IMG/VR virus record: IMGVR_UViG_3300030330_006035
Coordinates: 1-52,208 of that record
From: a virus
Length of the DNA stretch: 52,208 nucleotides
Reading direction: 5' to 3' (one strand)
Made by a program: the position numbers and the translations under genes. Below, piece by piece: positions 34,401 through 43,203 of this stretch (position 1 is the first letter of the stretch; the number at the start of each line of letters is the position of its first letter). The notes beneath the pieces are model-generated. The model saw only the letters and a program-made list of their open reading frames with translations. It did not search any database and was not told the DNA's origin.

Positions 34401-36229
34401 GTAGTGCTGATCACTGCGCTAGAGGATCGCTTGACGGTGGACGCCCCCGGCACAAAAGCCTGAGTGGAAAGGTATCCGTTCTTCAGCGCGGGGTTGTTTG
34501 TTGTCCCTGCCGCTGTATTAGGGAACTGAACAGATCCATCCCTTACCCCAACAAGCCCCATGCGCCTGACGGTAGATCCGCTAACCAGCGTCGGGTAGCT
34601 GTAGTTGTGCTGCCCAGGAGTGTTAGTCAGGTTATCCAAACCTACTTCTTGCAGGTGTGTGGTCGATCCAGAAGCAAGCACTGTCTCAGGCTTCCACTTG
34701 AGGCTTTCGGCTGGAATGCAGTACTCGTCATCGTTGACGTTAGTGACTAGGTAGATGTTTACACTGAGGTCCGAAACGGCCAAGGTGGTGGTGTCTGTTG
34801 GAGAGGTTCCGGTCAGTGGGCGTACGCGCACGTACATGTTGGCTGCGATTGCCGTGCCGGTACCTCCAGCGTCTGAGGTCTTCAGGTCGTTGAAAGGACG
34901 ACACTCAAAGACTTGGGTGTACGTCACTTGCTCTGAGAAGTTGGCTCCGGTGTTGTACACGTCGTAGACAGACATGCCATTGCTGATAGCGTCTTTTGAG
35001 CCTACGCAACCGCCCGCAGGCTGGAAGGTGTTGACAACGCTAGGAGACCCGCCGGTGCCATCAACGAAGTCGACGATACAACCGGGGTGTCTCTGGTTAG
35101 CTCCCTTGCGCAAAGAGTCTGTACTGTTAGGGGTGACGTCATTTGCGGTGTTGGTGGCTCGGTAGTTTACGACTACGATTACCCGTTGTCCGGTAGTCAA
35201 CGCTGTTCCGCTGGTACCAAAGTTTGTAGCTGCTGAGGTGTAGGTGCTTACGGTGGATGCAAGACTTCCAGGCAGCAAAGTGTTTTCTTTGTGCGTCACA
35301 ACAGGGGCAGACACAAAGTCATCAAGGCGAATACCGGGCTGGTCAAAGTCACCGAAAAGTTCAGGTAGGTCTTCTGCTGACTTGTTGCTTTGGAGTAGCT
35401 GTGCAGATCCTGGTCGTCGATCGTTTGTGTCTGGGGTTGGTAATGTGCCAATCTCTGTGGCTTGGTCAATGTCCAAGAAGTCTGGTCGGAACCCAGGCCC
35501 GGGCACTCCAGTGTTGCCTGTCGCAGAACTATCTCCGGTAACTCCAATGACTTGACTGCCGTTGAACGCTGCGTTCTCCGGGTCAACGTCGTTAGCTCCG
35601 CCGTCCAAGAAGAACACTGAAGGCGAGCGTCCACGCACAAAGACGTAGACCAGCCGCCCCAGAGTTTCCACGCTCATGGGCTCTGTGGAGGAGCAGCCCA
35701 GCATAAGAAGCTGTCCAGTGTAGTTCAGCCCTGACCCCGAAGCGCCTGGGTCAGCAGGGTCGTTGGGGGTGTACCACTTAGGAGCTGCTGCGCCTGTGTC
35801 GAAAAACTCAATGAACACATCGGCGTTCACTTTGTCGTCGGCTACGTCTTTTCGTTTGACGCGGTACACATAGCCATAGCAAGTGGAGCTGGTGCCACGC
35901 ATAAACGTGACAGGGTAGAAGTCAATAACCTCAGAGCCTTCGCCGTGAGCTGCCCCGGTATCATCTGTCTGACGTCCACCGGCAGCAAGGTAGGGGGTGA
36001 GTCGAGTGTCGTTGGCTGCTCCGTCGCCGTTGTCGTCAGGAGCGTAGTTATCAAACTCAAGTTCACGGACCTGACGGAAACCAGCAAAGGGACGGCTACC
36101 TCCAGAGATAGTACCGTCAAGACCGTTGGCTTCGCTAAGCAGGCCTCGAGCGACTGAGGTTCGTGGTACAGACTTATCGCCTGTAGGACGGCTCAGGTCG
36201 ATCTTCCACTCAGCGTCCTTCTGTGCCAC
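31406..36229 (-). CDS. Giant virion protein (1607 aa), a candidate tail hub, fibre or spike.
   Basis: Uninterrupted 4.8-kb ORF immediately downstream of the fibre-like genes. T/S/G/N/D-rich composition that looks beta-rich. Confidence 0.7.
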   Translation of the reverse strand: MAQKDAEWKIDLSRPTGDKSVPRTSVARGLLSEANGLDGTISGGSRPFAGFRQVRELEFDNYAPDDNGDGAANDTRLTPYLAAGGRQTDDTGAAHGEGSEVIDFYPVTFMRGTSSTCYGYVYRVKRKDVADDKVNADVFIEFFDTGAAAPKWYTPNDPADPGASGSGLNYTGQLLMLGCSSTEPMSVETLGRLVYVFVRGRSPSVFFLDGGANDVDPENAAFNGSQVIGVTGDSSATGNTGVPGPGFRPDFLDIDQATEIGTLPTPDTNDRRPGSAQLLQSNKSAEDLPELFGDFDQPGIRLDDFVSAPVVTHKENTLLPGSLASTVSTYTSAATNFGTSGTALTTGQRVIVVVNYRATNTANDVTPNSTDSLRKGANQRHPGCIVDFVDGTGGSPSVVNTFQPAGGCVGSKDAISNGMSVYDVYNTGANFSEQVTYTQVFECRPFNDLKTSDAGGTGTAIAANMYVRVRPLTGTSPTDTTTLAVSDLSVNIYLVTNVNDDEYCIPAESLKWKPETVLASGSTTHLQEVGLDNLTNTPGQHNYSYPTLVSGSTVRRMGLVGVRDGSVQFPNTAAGTTNNPALKNGYLSTQAFVPGASTVKRSSSAVISTTFGRVRRRNDQSAGTSLFGTNEGDYFKNFFAANVVDQDYDTSDPPDGTGESDALTFPAIHSSGSPTSNRVATLRRANNTLNSKSFADEALCIAQTLNSSTATGGDLISDLSFDTQFTFPSIAANEVDGTSPDDLQLQSHWHTLGFEIAANTTSPGNWSAQSSTSQSGVTDQQALDFLKSLIVSRSPVDRALQASVNSDLVWEIAEAGTFSGNVTFDVYWNDPEAIGRLIKVASDIPSNKFEITSLYDQGILPSGRNFQWGIVAKATINGVDFQKVSQTFEFTTDDIFKSHRFDRGNYAFAYQLFDSKTGRTSGMSQIARIDKSAFKYGTTGRCGVSGREYDEENEDLIALISSPQVVPKGIREYTCVELCYDVRKYDYAFFYRSPRTEDEAINFAPNTLFLDKLIKLDDYKTLDNTLTNYGIDVLPTTTGGAVASTRQRVIFFYTLNEDELLYRPLYTGPLRFDDNMPQAGTAKFLDNILVTANITPPAITTLNQGTEDEFTAADPYRGGGETKYSQVEKYAAELFPPQNQYTPSDPSNRILALVRTGPNMLGLSEDRLYHIRREQDVMVRELHEGMVGVVNPDACTVAASQLFSIAPRGVKIVGTNGSLDNMSVIDVLIREKWKDNHDNLKVAFDPFISSLFFYNPTLGHAACTWFETSSMTELVDLPFTDVKHANFPNAETFSTTASGTGYSPTFGGDRVHRSLWLMNHPDVANNVNTRDEAVAGYWRPRIYVANHVRDRKALTGGDTAVFAQQSYNRRTLMDIIGPTLFTLSSGQGSTSLVCTTGNGNSQAASDSCVGAYVYVLEDTDQSKIGNKAQIKSVTKSASAITITLMTSLDCSASAKIGISPVFVECTAHQVGIPTRTARGASEIDDHHYLKQVDETRIHVLDVSGNNASDTACKFQGILYNNNDEAASSKNVPVKPDGTNVASLTEGSSLYPAVFGSDSTFSGVQGPLGFTLTPGIRIFCPDVDYRLQSMVCNGQIMDTKTSQAYTQS

Positions 36230-36230
36230 T

Positions 36231-36563
36231 TCAACTCCATCGGTATGGGAACTTGCGGTTTAGCCAGCTCTGCCGCTCTTTGCAACCGCACCCCTTCTTC
36301 TGCTTGATGCGTCCAAAGGAGACAACTTCGATAAACCATTTGACCGTGTCGCCTAGGCCACGGTGCTCTTTAAATACGTCGTACCACTTCATAGGTCGTA
36401 CCTCTACTGCTTGCTGAGGAGCCGCCTTGTTTTCCAAATACCACTGAGGGCAAAGAAGGCGACATGTTTGAGGGGTCGGACTTCCTTCCCAATACCCCAA
36501 GGAGCATACGGGTTTGTCGTCTACGTAGGAGTGTTTTGAACAGTTTACTACTGGTAGTTCCAT
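36231..36563 (-). CDS. Small Cys-rich protein (110 aa).
   Basis: Internal ATG at 36563, 2 nt after the upstream stop. 8 Cys, including ...KKGCGCKERQSWLN. Confidence 0.55.
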   Translation of the reverse strand: MELPVVNCSKHSYVDDKPVCSLGYWEGSPTPQTCRLLCPQWYLENKAAPQQAVEVRPMKWYDVFKEHRGLGDTVKWFIEVVSFGRIKQKKGCGCKERQSWLNRKFPYRWS

Positions 36564-36565
36564 GG

Positions 36566-38557
36566 TTATTGCACCGTTAGTGTAGAAGGAAAAGACAGGT
36601 CTAGAGAGACTCCAAAGTTTGAGCCGAAGCCCGTGGTCGGAGTTGAGTCTGTACAAAGAACGTATGATCCGTCAGGACAGGTGTTGTCTTCTTGCCCTCC
36701 TGCTGCCGCATTGTGACGGTAAAGCGCTGTGACCCCGTCACCCCCTCCGGTGCTGGAGCATGACTGAGGGACTCCCCCTCCAGCAAAGCAAATCGAGAAC
36801 TTAACAACTATTCCCCAGTTATTACCGGTTGCAGTTGCAGGGCATGAGTCGTCAAACGCGGGAGAACAAAGAATCCTTGCTGAGTCGATGATTAGCTTTA
36901 CTGTCACAGGAGGAGTACCTGTACCCAAGACCGCTACTTCGCCACCTTCGGCAATCGTCACTGCTTGTCCGGTTGCGTCGGTGCACGGACCGCTAGGCCT
37001 ACACCCTGCACAAGGAAAGTTAGGCTGGCCCGGAGGCTGCGCAGGGGCTTGACAACAAGCATCGTAGACTGTTGCTTTGCACTCAGAGGTTGATGGGTCA
37101 ATGACCGCCCCCACCTGAACAGCATCTTCGCTAATGGACACACTCCCGCCGTCGAGTACTGAACCACTAGTGTCGGTCGCAGTCAAAGCAACATCCACAA
37201 TGTTGTAAACACCCTGACAAGCGTTTGGAGGGCAGCTGTCTGCACCTGCACCCGGAGGCTGGCACTGCACACAAGCACACGCGCATTTAGGCGTCTCACA
37301 AAGACAAGCCTCGCAAGTATCAAAGGGACCGACGTTGGGGATTCCGCCCTCGCAGTTTTGCTCACAGTTTATAGTGTTCGCTGCGTGGTCTCCGTTTTGG
37401 AAGAACGCATGAGTAAACACTCCATTGGGGTAACCAGGGGTACAAGTTCCTGTACCAGACGGGCTAAGCATTGCACCGCAGCCCCCGACTCTTGCGTTAG
37501 CGGGATCCACAATAGTTCCGTTGCCTGAAAGCACCTGCTGGCATTGACTCTGCTTGCAGTTTACGTTGCTGGTTCCTCCGCCAAACCCAACTACCTTTCC
37601 TCTAAAGTCTTGGTCTGTTGGGCCGGGAGTAGCTGTGCCTAGGTTGGCGCAGTCGCACCATGCAAATCCTGCTGCTTTTTCAGAGGATATGAACTGAGCA
37701 AAGTCTTCCAAGCCTGAGCTGCAGATAGTTCCGTCCTTTAGGTTGAAACACCCTTGACAGTCTTTCGTGTTTAGCCACACCGCCTGACAGCAGTTAGCGC
37801 ACAAGTTCTCCATCGTCTGGTTACTATCGGTAGAGAAGTTTAGTTTGCCTACGCTTATCGCCAAACCGCCTGTGTTGTAGATCATTTTATCGCCCGCGCA
37901 GTCTTCGTTGAAAGAGGAGCGGTCTATCTTCTTGCATGCGGGTATAACTGTTCCGCCGCTGTCAGTAGTTTCTTTTATCTGTGCTTCGGATCGAAGGTCA
38001 GGACTGCCTACAAAACAGTGGCCTCCAATCTTAAATGCAAGCGGCCACTCTGTCCCCCCTGCACCAGCAGGAAGCCACCCTAACTGAGCCATAGTGGGGC
38101 CTCCGCTACCAATCTCCATTTGCTTGAAGTCTTCAAGGCGCATGTAGACAGACTTGCACATTCGCTTTTGGGTTTGTACTGCTCCGTCAACTATGTGCGT
38201 TCCGCCTATCTGCTGTTCGGTTGCCCCAGCACAGTTGTTTTCGTACGCCTCAGCAGGGGACTGCTTGTCGTTGCCGCTAAGGCCTGAGCAATCTCCAATA
38301 CCTACTTGGCAACAGACATCACCAAAACCATCTGCGTTTTTACATAACGACTCGTGGTACGCCCTGTCGCCCACACTACAAGGGTTGCCTGTGAAGTTGA
38401 CGTACTTGTCTGCAATGTGCGTACCGCAAGAGGTAAACTCAACATACGTCCCTGCTGCACAGCAGCACTCTCTCATTAGCTTTCCAACCTGATTTGAGTT
38501 GGTTGTAGTGCTGTGTTTGATCAGCGCTTTGTCGCTGGGGCGGAACTGCAGGGTCAT
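36566..38557 (-). CDS. Extremely cysteine-rich virion/fibre-module protein (663 aa).
   Basis: About 49 Cys by my count (about 7%), including ECCC, CANCC, WCDC and TCEACLCETPKCACACVQC. It sits directly downstream of the collagen-like protein (4-nt overlap). Confidence 0.7.
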   Translation of the reverse strand: MTLQFRPSDKALIKHSTTTNSNQVGKLMRECCCAAGTYVEFTSCGTHIADKYVNFTGNPCSVGDRAYHESLCKNADGFGDVCCQVGIGDCSGLSGNDKQSPAEAYENNCAGATEQQIGGTHIVDGAVQTQKRMCKSVYMRLEDFKQMEIGSGGPTMAQLGWLPAGAGGTEWPLAFKIGGHCFVGSPDLRSEAQIKETTDSGGTVIPACKKIDRSSFNEDCAGDKMIYNTGGLAISVGKLNFSTDSNQTMENLCANCCQAVWLNTKDCQGCFNLKDGTICSSGLEDFAQFISSEKAAGFAWCDCANLGTATPGPTDQDFRGKVVGFGGGTSNVNCKQSQCQQVLSGNGTIVDPANARVGGCGAMLSPSGTGTCTPGYPNGVFTHAFFQNGDHAANTINCEQNCEGGIPNVGPFDTCEACLCETPKCACACVQCQPPGAGADSCPPNACQGVYNIVDVALTATDTSGSVLDGGSVSISEDAVQVGAVIDPSTSECKATVYDACCQAPAQPPGQPNFPCAGCRPSGPCTDATGQAVTIAEGGEVAVLGTGTPPVTVKLIIDSARILCSPAFDDSCPATATGNNWGIVVKFSICFAGGGVPQSCSSTGGGDGVTALYRHNAAAGGQEDNTCPDGSYVLCTDSTPTTGFGSNFGVSLDLSFPSTLTVQ

Positions 38558-39129
38558 GAATCACATTCTTTAGCGCACGTAATCTCTCTCGCGGTGCCCC
38601 CGTACGTGGTGCCTGTGCTGTCAGTACCGACAGCCCCTCCGAGACCGGACCCCTCAAAAAAGCCATAGACGCGAGTAAACTGTTTCTTCAGGCACTGGTC
38701 GCTTGTGTCGTAGGTAACATCAGAAACAAAGTCGATGTACCCATTTACACCAGGAGTAGACCCATTAGATCCTGGGGGACCTTGAGGTCCAGGAGCGCCA
38801 GTAGGCCCCGCTGGTCCGGGAGGTCCTTGTATCCCTTGTATCCCTTGCTCTCCTGTTGCGCCAGGCTCACCATCGTCGCCTCGCTGACCCCCTCCGCCAC
38901 CGCCGCCCCCGCTCTTAGGACGACCAAAACCTCCCGGTCCTCCGGTGCCTCCTGCCCCGAATGGGGGCAGACCCGGTCCTGACATAAGGAAGGCTTCTCC
39001 GTCACGGACGTGAGTAATGCGCAGGGGCTCTGCGTTCAAAAGGCCAAGTGCTGCAACAAGTGCTCGAGCTACCTGAGCATCTGACTCTTCACGCGTTCGA
39101 GTATTGGAGGGTCTTGCGCCGAATGCCAT
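38554..39129 (-). CDS. Collagen-like repeat protein (191 aa), a probable tail-fibre component.
   Basis: G-X-Y run GDDGEPGATGEQGIQGIQGPPGPAGPTGAPGPQGPPGSNG preceded by a Gly-rich tract. Confidence 0.7.
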   Translation of the reverse strand: MAFGARPSNTRTREESDAQVARALVAALGLLNAEPLRITHVRDGEAFLMSGPGLPPFGAGGTGGPGGFGRPKSGGGGGGGGQRGDDGEPGATGEQGIQGIQGPPGPAGPTGAPGPQGPPGSNGSTPGVNGYIDFVSDVTYDTSDQCLKKQFTRVYGFFEGSGLGGAVGTDSTGTTYGGTAREITCAKECDS

Positions 39130-40073
39130 TAGTAAAGTTCCTGCCCGAGGTTGTAGGTGCTTCGATCTTGATTGTCCACAGTATGCTTCTCGAATTTCTT
39201 GGGCTTGCGCATCTGCATATAGGACAAGTTGTCGCCGATAGTCTTCAGCGCCTTGCGATACTCGATCTGCAAGAACTGCATCTTCTTGGCACTAACATCT
39301 TTCATCACAGCCAAGTTGATAGCGGAGGCTGCAGCCACACACTGCATTAGAGATTGGAACCCCTGAGGCACAATTTCGTAGTGGATATCTGTTTTAGATC
39401 CGTACGCCGAAGTATCAAACGCCACCCGCACAGTAACCTGATCGTCCCCGGCATCAGTTGCAGCCAAGGTATGGGAGTCGATTACTCGCTCCTCGACTAC
39501 GGTTGCATTGCCTGCAGTGTTCTTCAACAGACGCAAGGTCGCTCCTACGTAGGCGTTAGGTCGGCGGTCAATCGCACCCAAAGTTACCTGCGAAGGCAAG
39601 CAGAGGGTTAGGGTCTTGCGGTCTGCAGAGAGCTGCCCCTGCCCTTGGTTGTAGTGGGGGAGAAAGTCACCGTTCGGGATGTAGAACAGAGTGAGGGTGT
39701 CGTCGACGTCGGGCTTGGGGCGACACGACAAAAGGTTGCCCTCGAGTGACCAGTTAGGTCCGTGCGGGTGCATCTGGTTGAAGGGGACAAACTCCTTACT
39801 GACCACGTTGTTGGTATCCAACTTCACAAGGCGGAATACCTCCCCCACGTTTGGAGGCAGTTGGTAGTACTCGGTTCCGGTGACAAACGTGATGTTATGG
39901 CGGATAACAATAGGGTTGTCAAAGTTCAGCGACAGGCGGGAGAGGACGTTGACCATCTCCGGCATGATGACGTTCCGGACCAGAAAGTCGTTGCTGTACT
40001 TGGAGGAGGGCTCGTCGAGGTAGCCTCGGACGCGTTCGATCACAGAAAACAAGAAGGAGCCGGTACTATGCAT
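39129..40073 (-). CDS. Hypothetical structural protein (314 aa), possibly a head-tail adaptor or tail protein by position.
   Basis: ORF between the capsid-proximal genes and the fibre genes. Confidence 0.55.
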   Translation of the reverse strand: MHSTGSFLFSVIERVRGYLDEPSSKYSNDFLVRNVIMPEMVNVLSRLSLNFDNPIVIRHNITFVTGTEYYQLPPNVGEVFRLVKLDTNNVVSKEFVPFNQMHPHGPNWSLEGNLLSCRPKPDVDDTLTLFYIPNGDFLPHYNQGQGQLSADRKTLTLCLPSQVTLGAIDRRPNAYVGATLRLLKNTAGNATVVEERVIDSHTLAATDAGDDQVTVRVAFDTSAYGSKTDIHYEIVPQGFQSLMQCVAAASAINLAVMKDVSAKKMQFLQIEYRKALKTIGDNLSYMQMRKPKKFEKHTVDNQDRSTYNLGQELY

Positions 40074-40608
40074 AGTAAGTCTTTCCGGACGTCATGTCCT
40101 TCAGGGAGTCTTTGGTGCGCTCCAGCGTCTCTCCGCCCTCACGCTCTCCGGTAAACCTGCTGATGGCAAGGTTCCTAGCGGACTCTTCCTTGCCTTTGCT
40201 GCGAGCCCACTTCACGGCGTCATGCTTCTCTTCGTTGGATTCACGGGCTGCTTCTATACGTTCGTACCTTGAGTCCTCAGCCTGTTGCCGCCGCCGCATC
40301 ATCTTCTCGTCGTGAGGCATTACGGTCAGTTGCAGGACCCGTTCGCCCAACCAGCCCCCTCTGTCGGGAGGGCCTTGGAGCACAGTCAGTTCGACTGCGA
40401 TGCGCAGACGTTTGACCCGCCAAGCAGCGAGCACAAAAGTGTTGTGTTCTGCGTGTCGGTACACGAAGAGTTCTGGAATGCCAGTCACCCGGCGGGCCCA
40501 ACGAATCCACTCTCCGTCTTCCATAACGCGGTGGTTTTCGTCCATGTGTAAGTCGTCTTGGAACATATGTAGATAGTAGTAAAAACCCCCCTCATCCGTA
40601 AAGGACAA
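40066..40608 (-). CDS. Hypothetical protein (180 aa; TTG start or a later ATG).
   Basis: ORF downstream of the capsid candidate. Confidence 0.5.
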   Translation of the reverse strand: MSFTDEGGFYYYLHMFQDDLHMDENHRVMEDGEWIRWARRVTGIPELFVYRHAEHNTFVLAAWRVKRLRIAVELTVLQGPPDRGGWLGERVLQLTVMPHDEKMMRRRQQAEDSRYERIEAARESNEEKHDAVKWARSKGKEESARNLAISRFTGEREGGETLERTKDSLKDMTSGKTYYA

Positions 40609-40648
40609 GGGGGGCCGAAAGGCAGGAGCCTTATATGAAGATCAAGGA

Positions 40649-42268
40649 TTAGCTGTCAGGGGTGTACTGACGATCAGCGTAGACACGGTCTTCGGTGATG
40701 TTCTTGATCTTGATGCCGCAGAACTGATCGGGGCAGATCTGCATACGCATGTAGCCGGGCATCTGGGATGCTTCGGTGGCAAGGTTGCGACCGTTGCTGT
40801 TCGAGTAAATCGGCAGCTGGTTGGTGGAGGTGCCGGTAAGGGCGCCAGCCACAAACTCAAACGGAGCAAACGATGGAGACTTATCGAAGGACGAGGTGCC
40901 CGAGATGCTCGGTGGCACGTACTTCTTGTAGTTTCCGCCGCCCATGCGGAGGCCGTAGCAGATGCCGTTCTCGATGTAGGTCGAGGTGTAGCCTTGGTAC
41001 GACTTACCGTCAATGGTGAAGTTGAAGCCGGAGTTGAACTGGTTGGTATCCCCACCAGCGCCGCCGCCTTCAGAACCTTGCGTAGAGAGGGAGGAGAGTC
41101 GGCCAGTACGGTCGAGCATTTCACGACCAATCTTGGTGGACTCGTAACCCAACCACACACCGTCGGACGCAACGAGCGTGTCGACGAAGTAACCGTACTT
41201 GTTCTTCGCAGCGTGGAAGCGGCGGAGGATCTGACGGAGAGTGTGCTCAGTGAGCAGGCTGCTGTTCATGTCGTACTCGAACGAACGGTGTTCGGGCTTG
41301 ACGTTCACATTGATCTGCTCGCCAGAGATGGACTCGTAGGTACCCAAGAGGGTGTTGGCGTCCGTGGCGATGGCTGAGGTGTCACCGACCTTGAGGTATG
41401 AGTTAATACCTGCAATGTTGGTGAATCGGGTGCTGCCGCTGTCGCTGTGGTGGCTGTTCGCGTGAACGATAAAGTCACCAGCGCTGGAGCCGGTACCTGT
41501 GACAGAAGCGAAGTTGTAGTCGTTAGACACAAGACGAACAGTGTTAGAAAGTTCGTCGATGTAGTCCACAACCACAACCTGACGGACACCGCCAGATTCG
41601 TTACGACGTGCGGAAGAGGTTCCGACGTTGTCACGAATGTCAACCTGCATACCGATGTAGAACCGGTCGATAGCTTGGTTGTCTGGTTGGAACTCCAAGA
41701 AGTTTGGAGTACCTGCGGTGTCAGTCTTCTGGGTCACGCGGCAAAGCGCGTAGCCGTCATTCTGAGAGGTGTACCACGAGTTACAGAGAGTCTGAGCAAT
41801 GTTACGAGAGAAGCCTTCGAGCTTCGGAGCAACGATTTGTCCGATGAACGAGGGGGTGGCTTCTGCTTGCAGTTCGCCCAGGGTAAATGCGATGTTAGCG
41901 ACCATGGTTCGCATCGGAAGACCGAAGCGGTATGGCAGCTGGTTCATGCCGTCCATCGCATCAGGGAAGTTCTGGGTGAGGTTCTGGGTGTAGAGACGCT
42001 CACCGAGTTCATTCGTGGAATCGCCAAACAGAGCGAAGTCGTTACGACCACGGCCTTGTTCGAGGATACCAGTCATGCCTCCCATGAAGACACGAAGGAC
42101 CTTAAAGTCACGGCCAAGAGCATCAACGGGACCAACGCCCATCGCACTCGTAACCATGTTCTCCCAGATGGGGTCAACCCCAGGGAGCATCAGGTCGATG
42201 TTTTTGTTAATCACATCTTCAATACGATCAACATGCGTATTGAAGAGTTTTCCGGTAACAAGAGACAT
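40649..42268 (-). CDS. Major capsid protein candidate (539 aa).
   Basis: Position is terminase-portal-scaffold-this ORF. Strong RBS AAGGAG 7 nt upstream. The call rests on synteny only. Confidence 0.6.
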   Translation of the reverse strand: MSLVTGKLFNTHVDRIEDVINKNIDLMLPGVDPIWENMVTSAMGVGPVDALGRDFKVLRVFMGGMTGILEQGRGRNDFALFGDSTNELGERLYTQNLTQNFPDAMDGMNQLPYRFGLPMRTMVANIAFTLGELQAEATPSFIGQIVAPKLEGFSRNIAQTLCNSWYTSQNDGYALCRVTQKTDTAGTPNFLEFQPDNQAIDRFYIGMQVDIRDNVGTSSARRNESGGVRQVVVVDYIDELSNTVRLVSNDYNFASVTGTGSSAGDFIVHANSHHSDSGSTRFTNIAGINSYLKVGDTSAIATDANTLLGTYESISGEQINVNVKPEHRSFEYDMNSSLLTEHTLRQILRRFHAAKNKYGYFVDTLVASDGVWLGYESTKIGREMLDRTGRLSSLSTQGSEGGGAGGDTNQFNSGFNFTIDGKSYQGYTSTYIENGICYGLRMGGGNYKKYVPPSISGTSSFDKSPSFAPFEFVAGALTGTSTNQLPIYSNSNGRNLATEASQMPGYMRMQICPDQFCGIKIKNITEDRVYADRQYTPDS

Positions 42269-42282
42269 TGTTGTCTACTCCT

Positions 42283-43203
42283 TTACAGCTTTGTGTTTCC
42301 TCCCGTTGAGATGTCAGCTGCAATGTCAAGCAGTGTGTCTTCCGCAAACGTCTTCGCTTTGTCGTAGACGCTGGCAGTAGTGTCCTTGCCTGGCTTGAAC
42401 TGGGGGATCTCAATGGGTTTCTTCTTAAAGAACATATCTTGTCCAGAAGCTGTTTCCGGTGCCCGACCAAGTTTGTCTGGGTCTCCGATTACCGTCCGGT
42501 ATCTATCAGCGACCACCTTGGCCGCGTTTTCTGATGCAGTCTTGAATGTAGAGTCGTCGATGCTTCCTCCGGCAGATTTAACGCGCCGAAGGCTGCTGAG
42601 GATTTCTTTTTGAACATCCTCTTTGATGACTTCCATTCGTTTGTCGTGACCTTCATCTCCGTGGATTCGCTTGAATGCGTTTCCGATGGAGGCCAGTGAT
42701 TCGTTATTTGCAGCCTCAGAGACTGCGTTCCCCAACTTGCCTTGAAGCGCTTCGAGGCGAAGCTGTCTCTCTCGACTCTCCACTTCCGCCAGCCGTTGGT
42801 TCATTTCGTCTACACGAGGATCTTGTTGGGGTTCGGGTTGGAGTTGCGGGTTAGGGTCCATTTGCTGTTGTCCTTTCAATCCAGAGACGTACTCTTCAAT
42901 CTGCTCTGGCTGATAGCCTTCGTATGCCATCACATAACGAAGGTCGGACTCACGCTCAGGACTCAGAGTCTCTTCTTGGTTACGCATCAGCTTGGATGCT
43001 GCTGCTTGATATTCGCGGAGGTTTTCTGCCTCTCGCATTTGAGCAGCGACTTGCTCTGCAGTAAATGTTTGTCCGTCAATCGTAAACTTCTGGTCTACAT
43101 TGACTTCTGCCGGTGCTTCGGTAGAGGCCTCAGGCGCTGCTGTGGTCTCCGTGGTTGCTTCCGGGGTTTCCTGCGTACTTTCTTGGACTTGCTCTTCGCT
43201 CAT
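42283..43203 (-). CDS. Scaffolding-like protein (306 aa).
   Basis: Acidic T/E/A/P-rich N-terminus and helical, charged Q/E/R-rich body. Located between the portal and the capsid candidate. Confidence 0.55.
   Translation of the reverse strand: MSEEQVQESTQETPEATTETTAAPEASTEAPAEVNVDQKFTIDGQTFTAEQVAAQMREAENLREYQAAASKLMRNQEETLSPERESDLRYVMAYEGYQPEQIEEYVSGLKGQQQMDPNPQLQPEPQQDPRVDEMNQRLAEVESRERQLRLEALQGKLGNAVSEAANNESLASIGNAFKRIHGDEGHDKRMEVIKEDVQKEILSSLRRVKSAGGSIDDSTFKTASENAAKVVADRYRTVIGDPDKLGRAPETASGQDMFFKKKPIEIPQFKPGKDTTASVYDKAKTFAEDTLLDIAADISTGGNTKL

Noticed and set aside
38760-38960. Short-period repetitive DNA, a possible CRISPR array or satellite.
   Set aside because: The periodicity is the 9-nt G-X-Y codon repeat of a collagen-like coding sequence. 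There are no spacer/repeat units of CRISPR size anywhere in the window.
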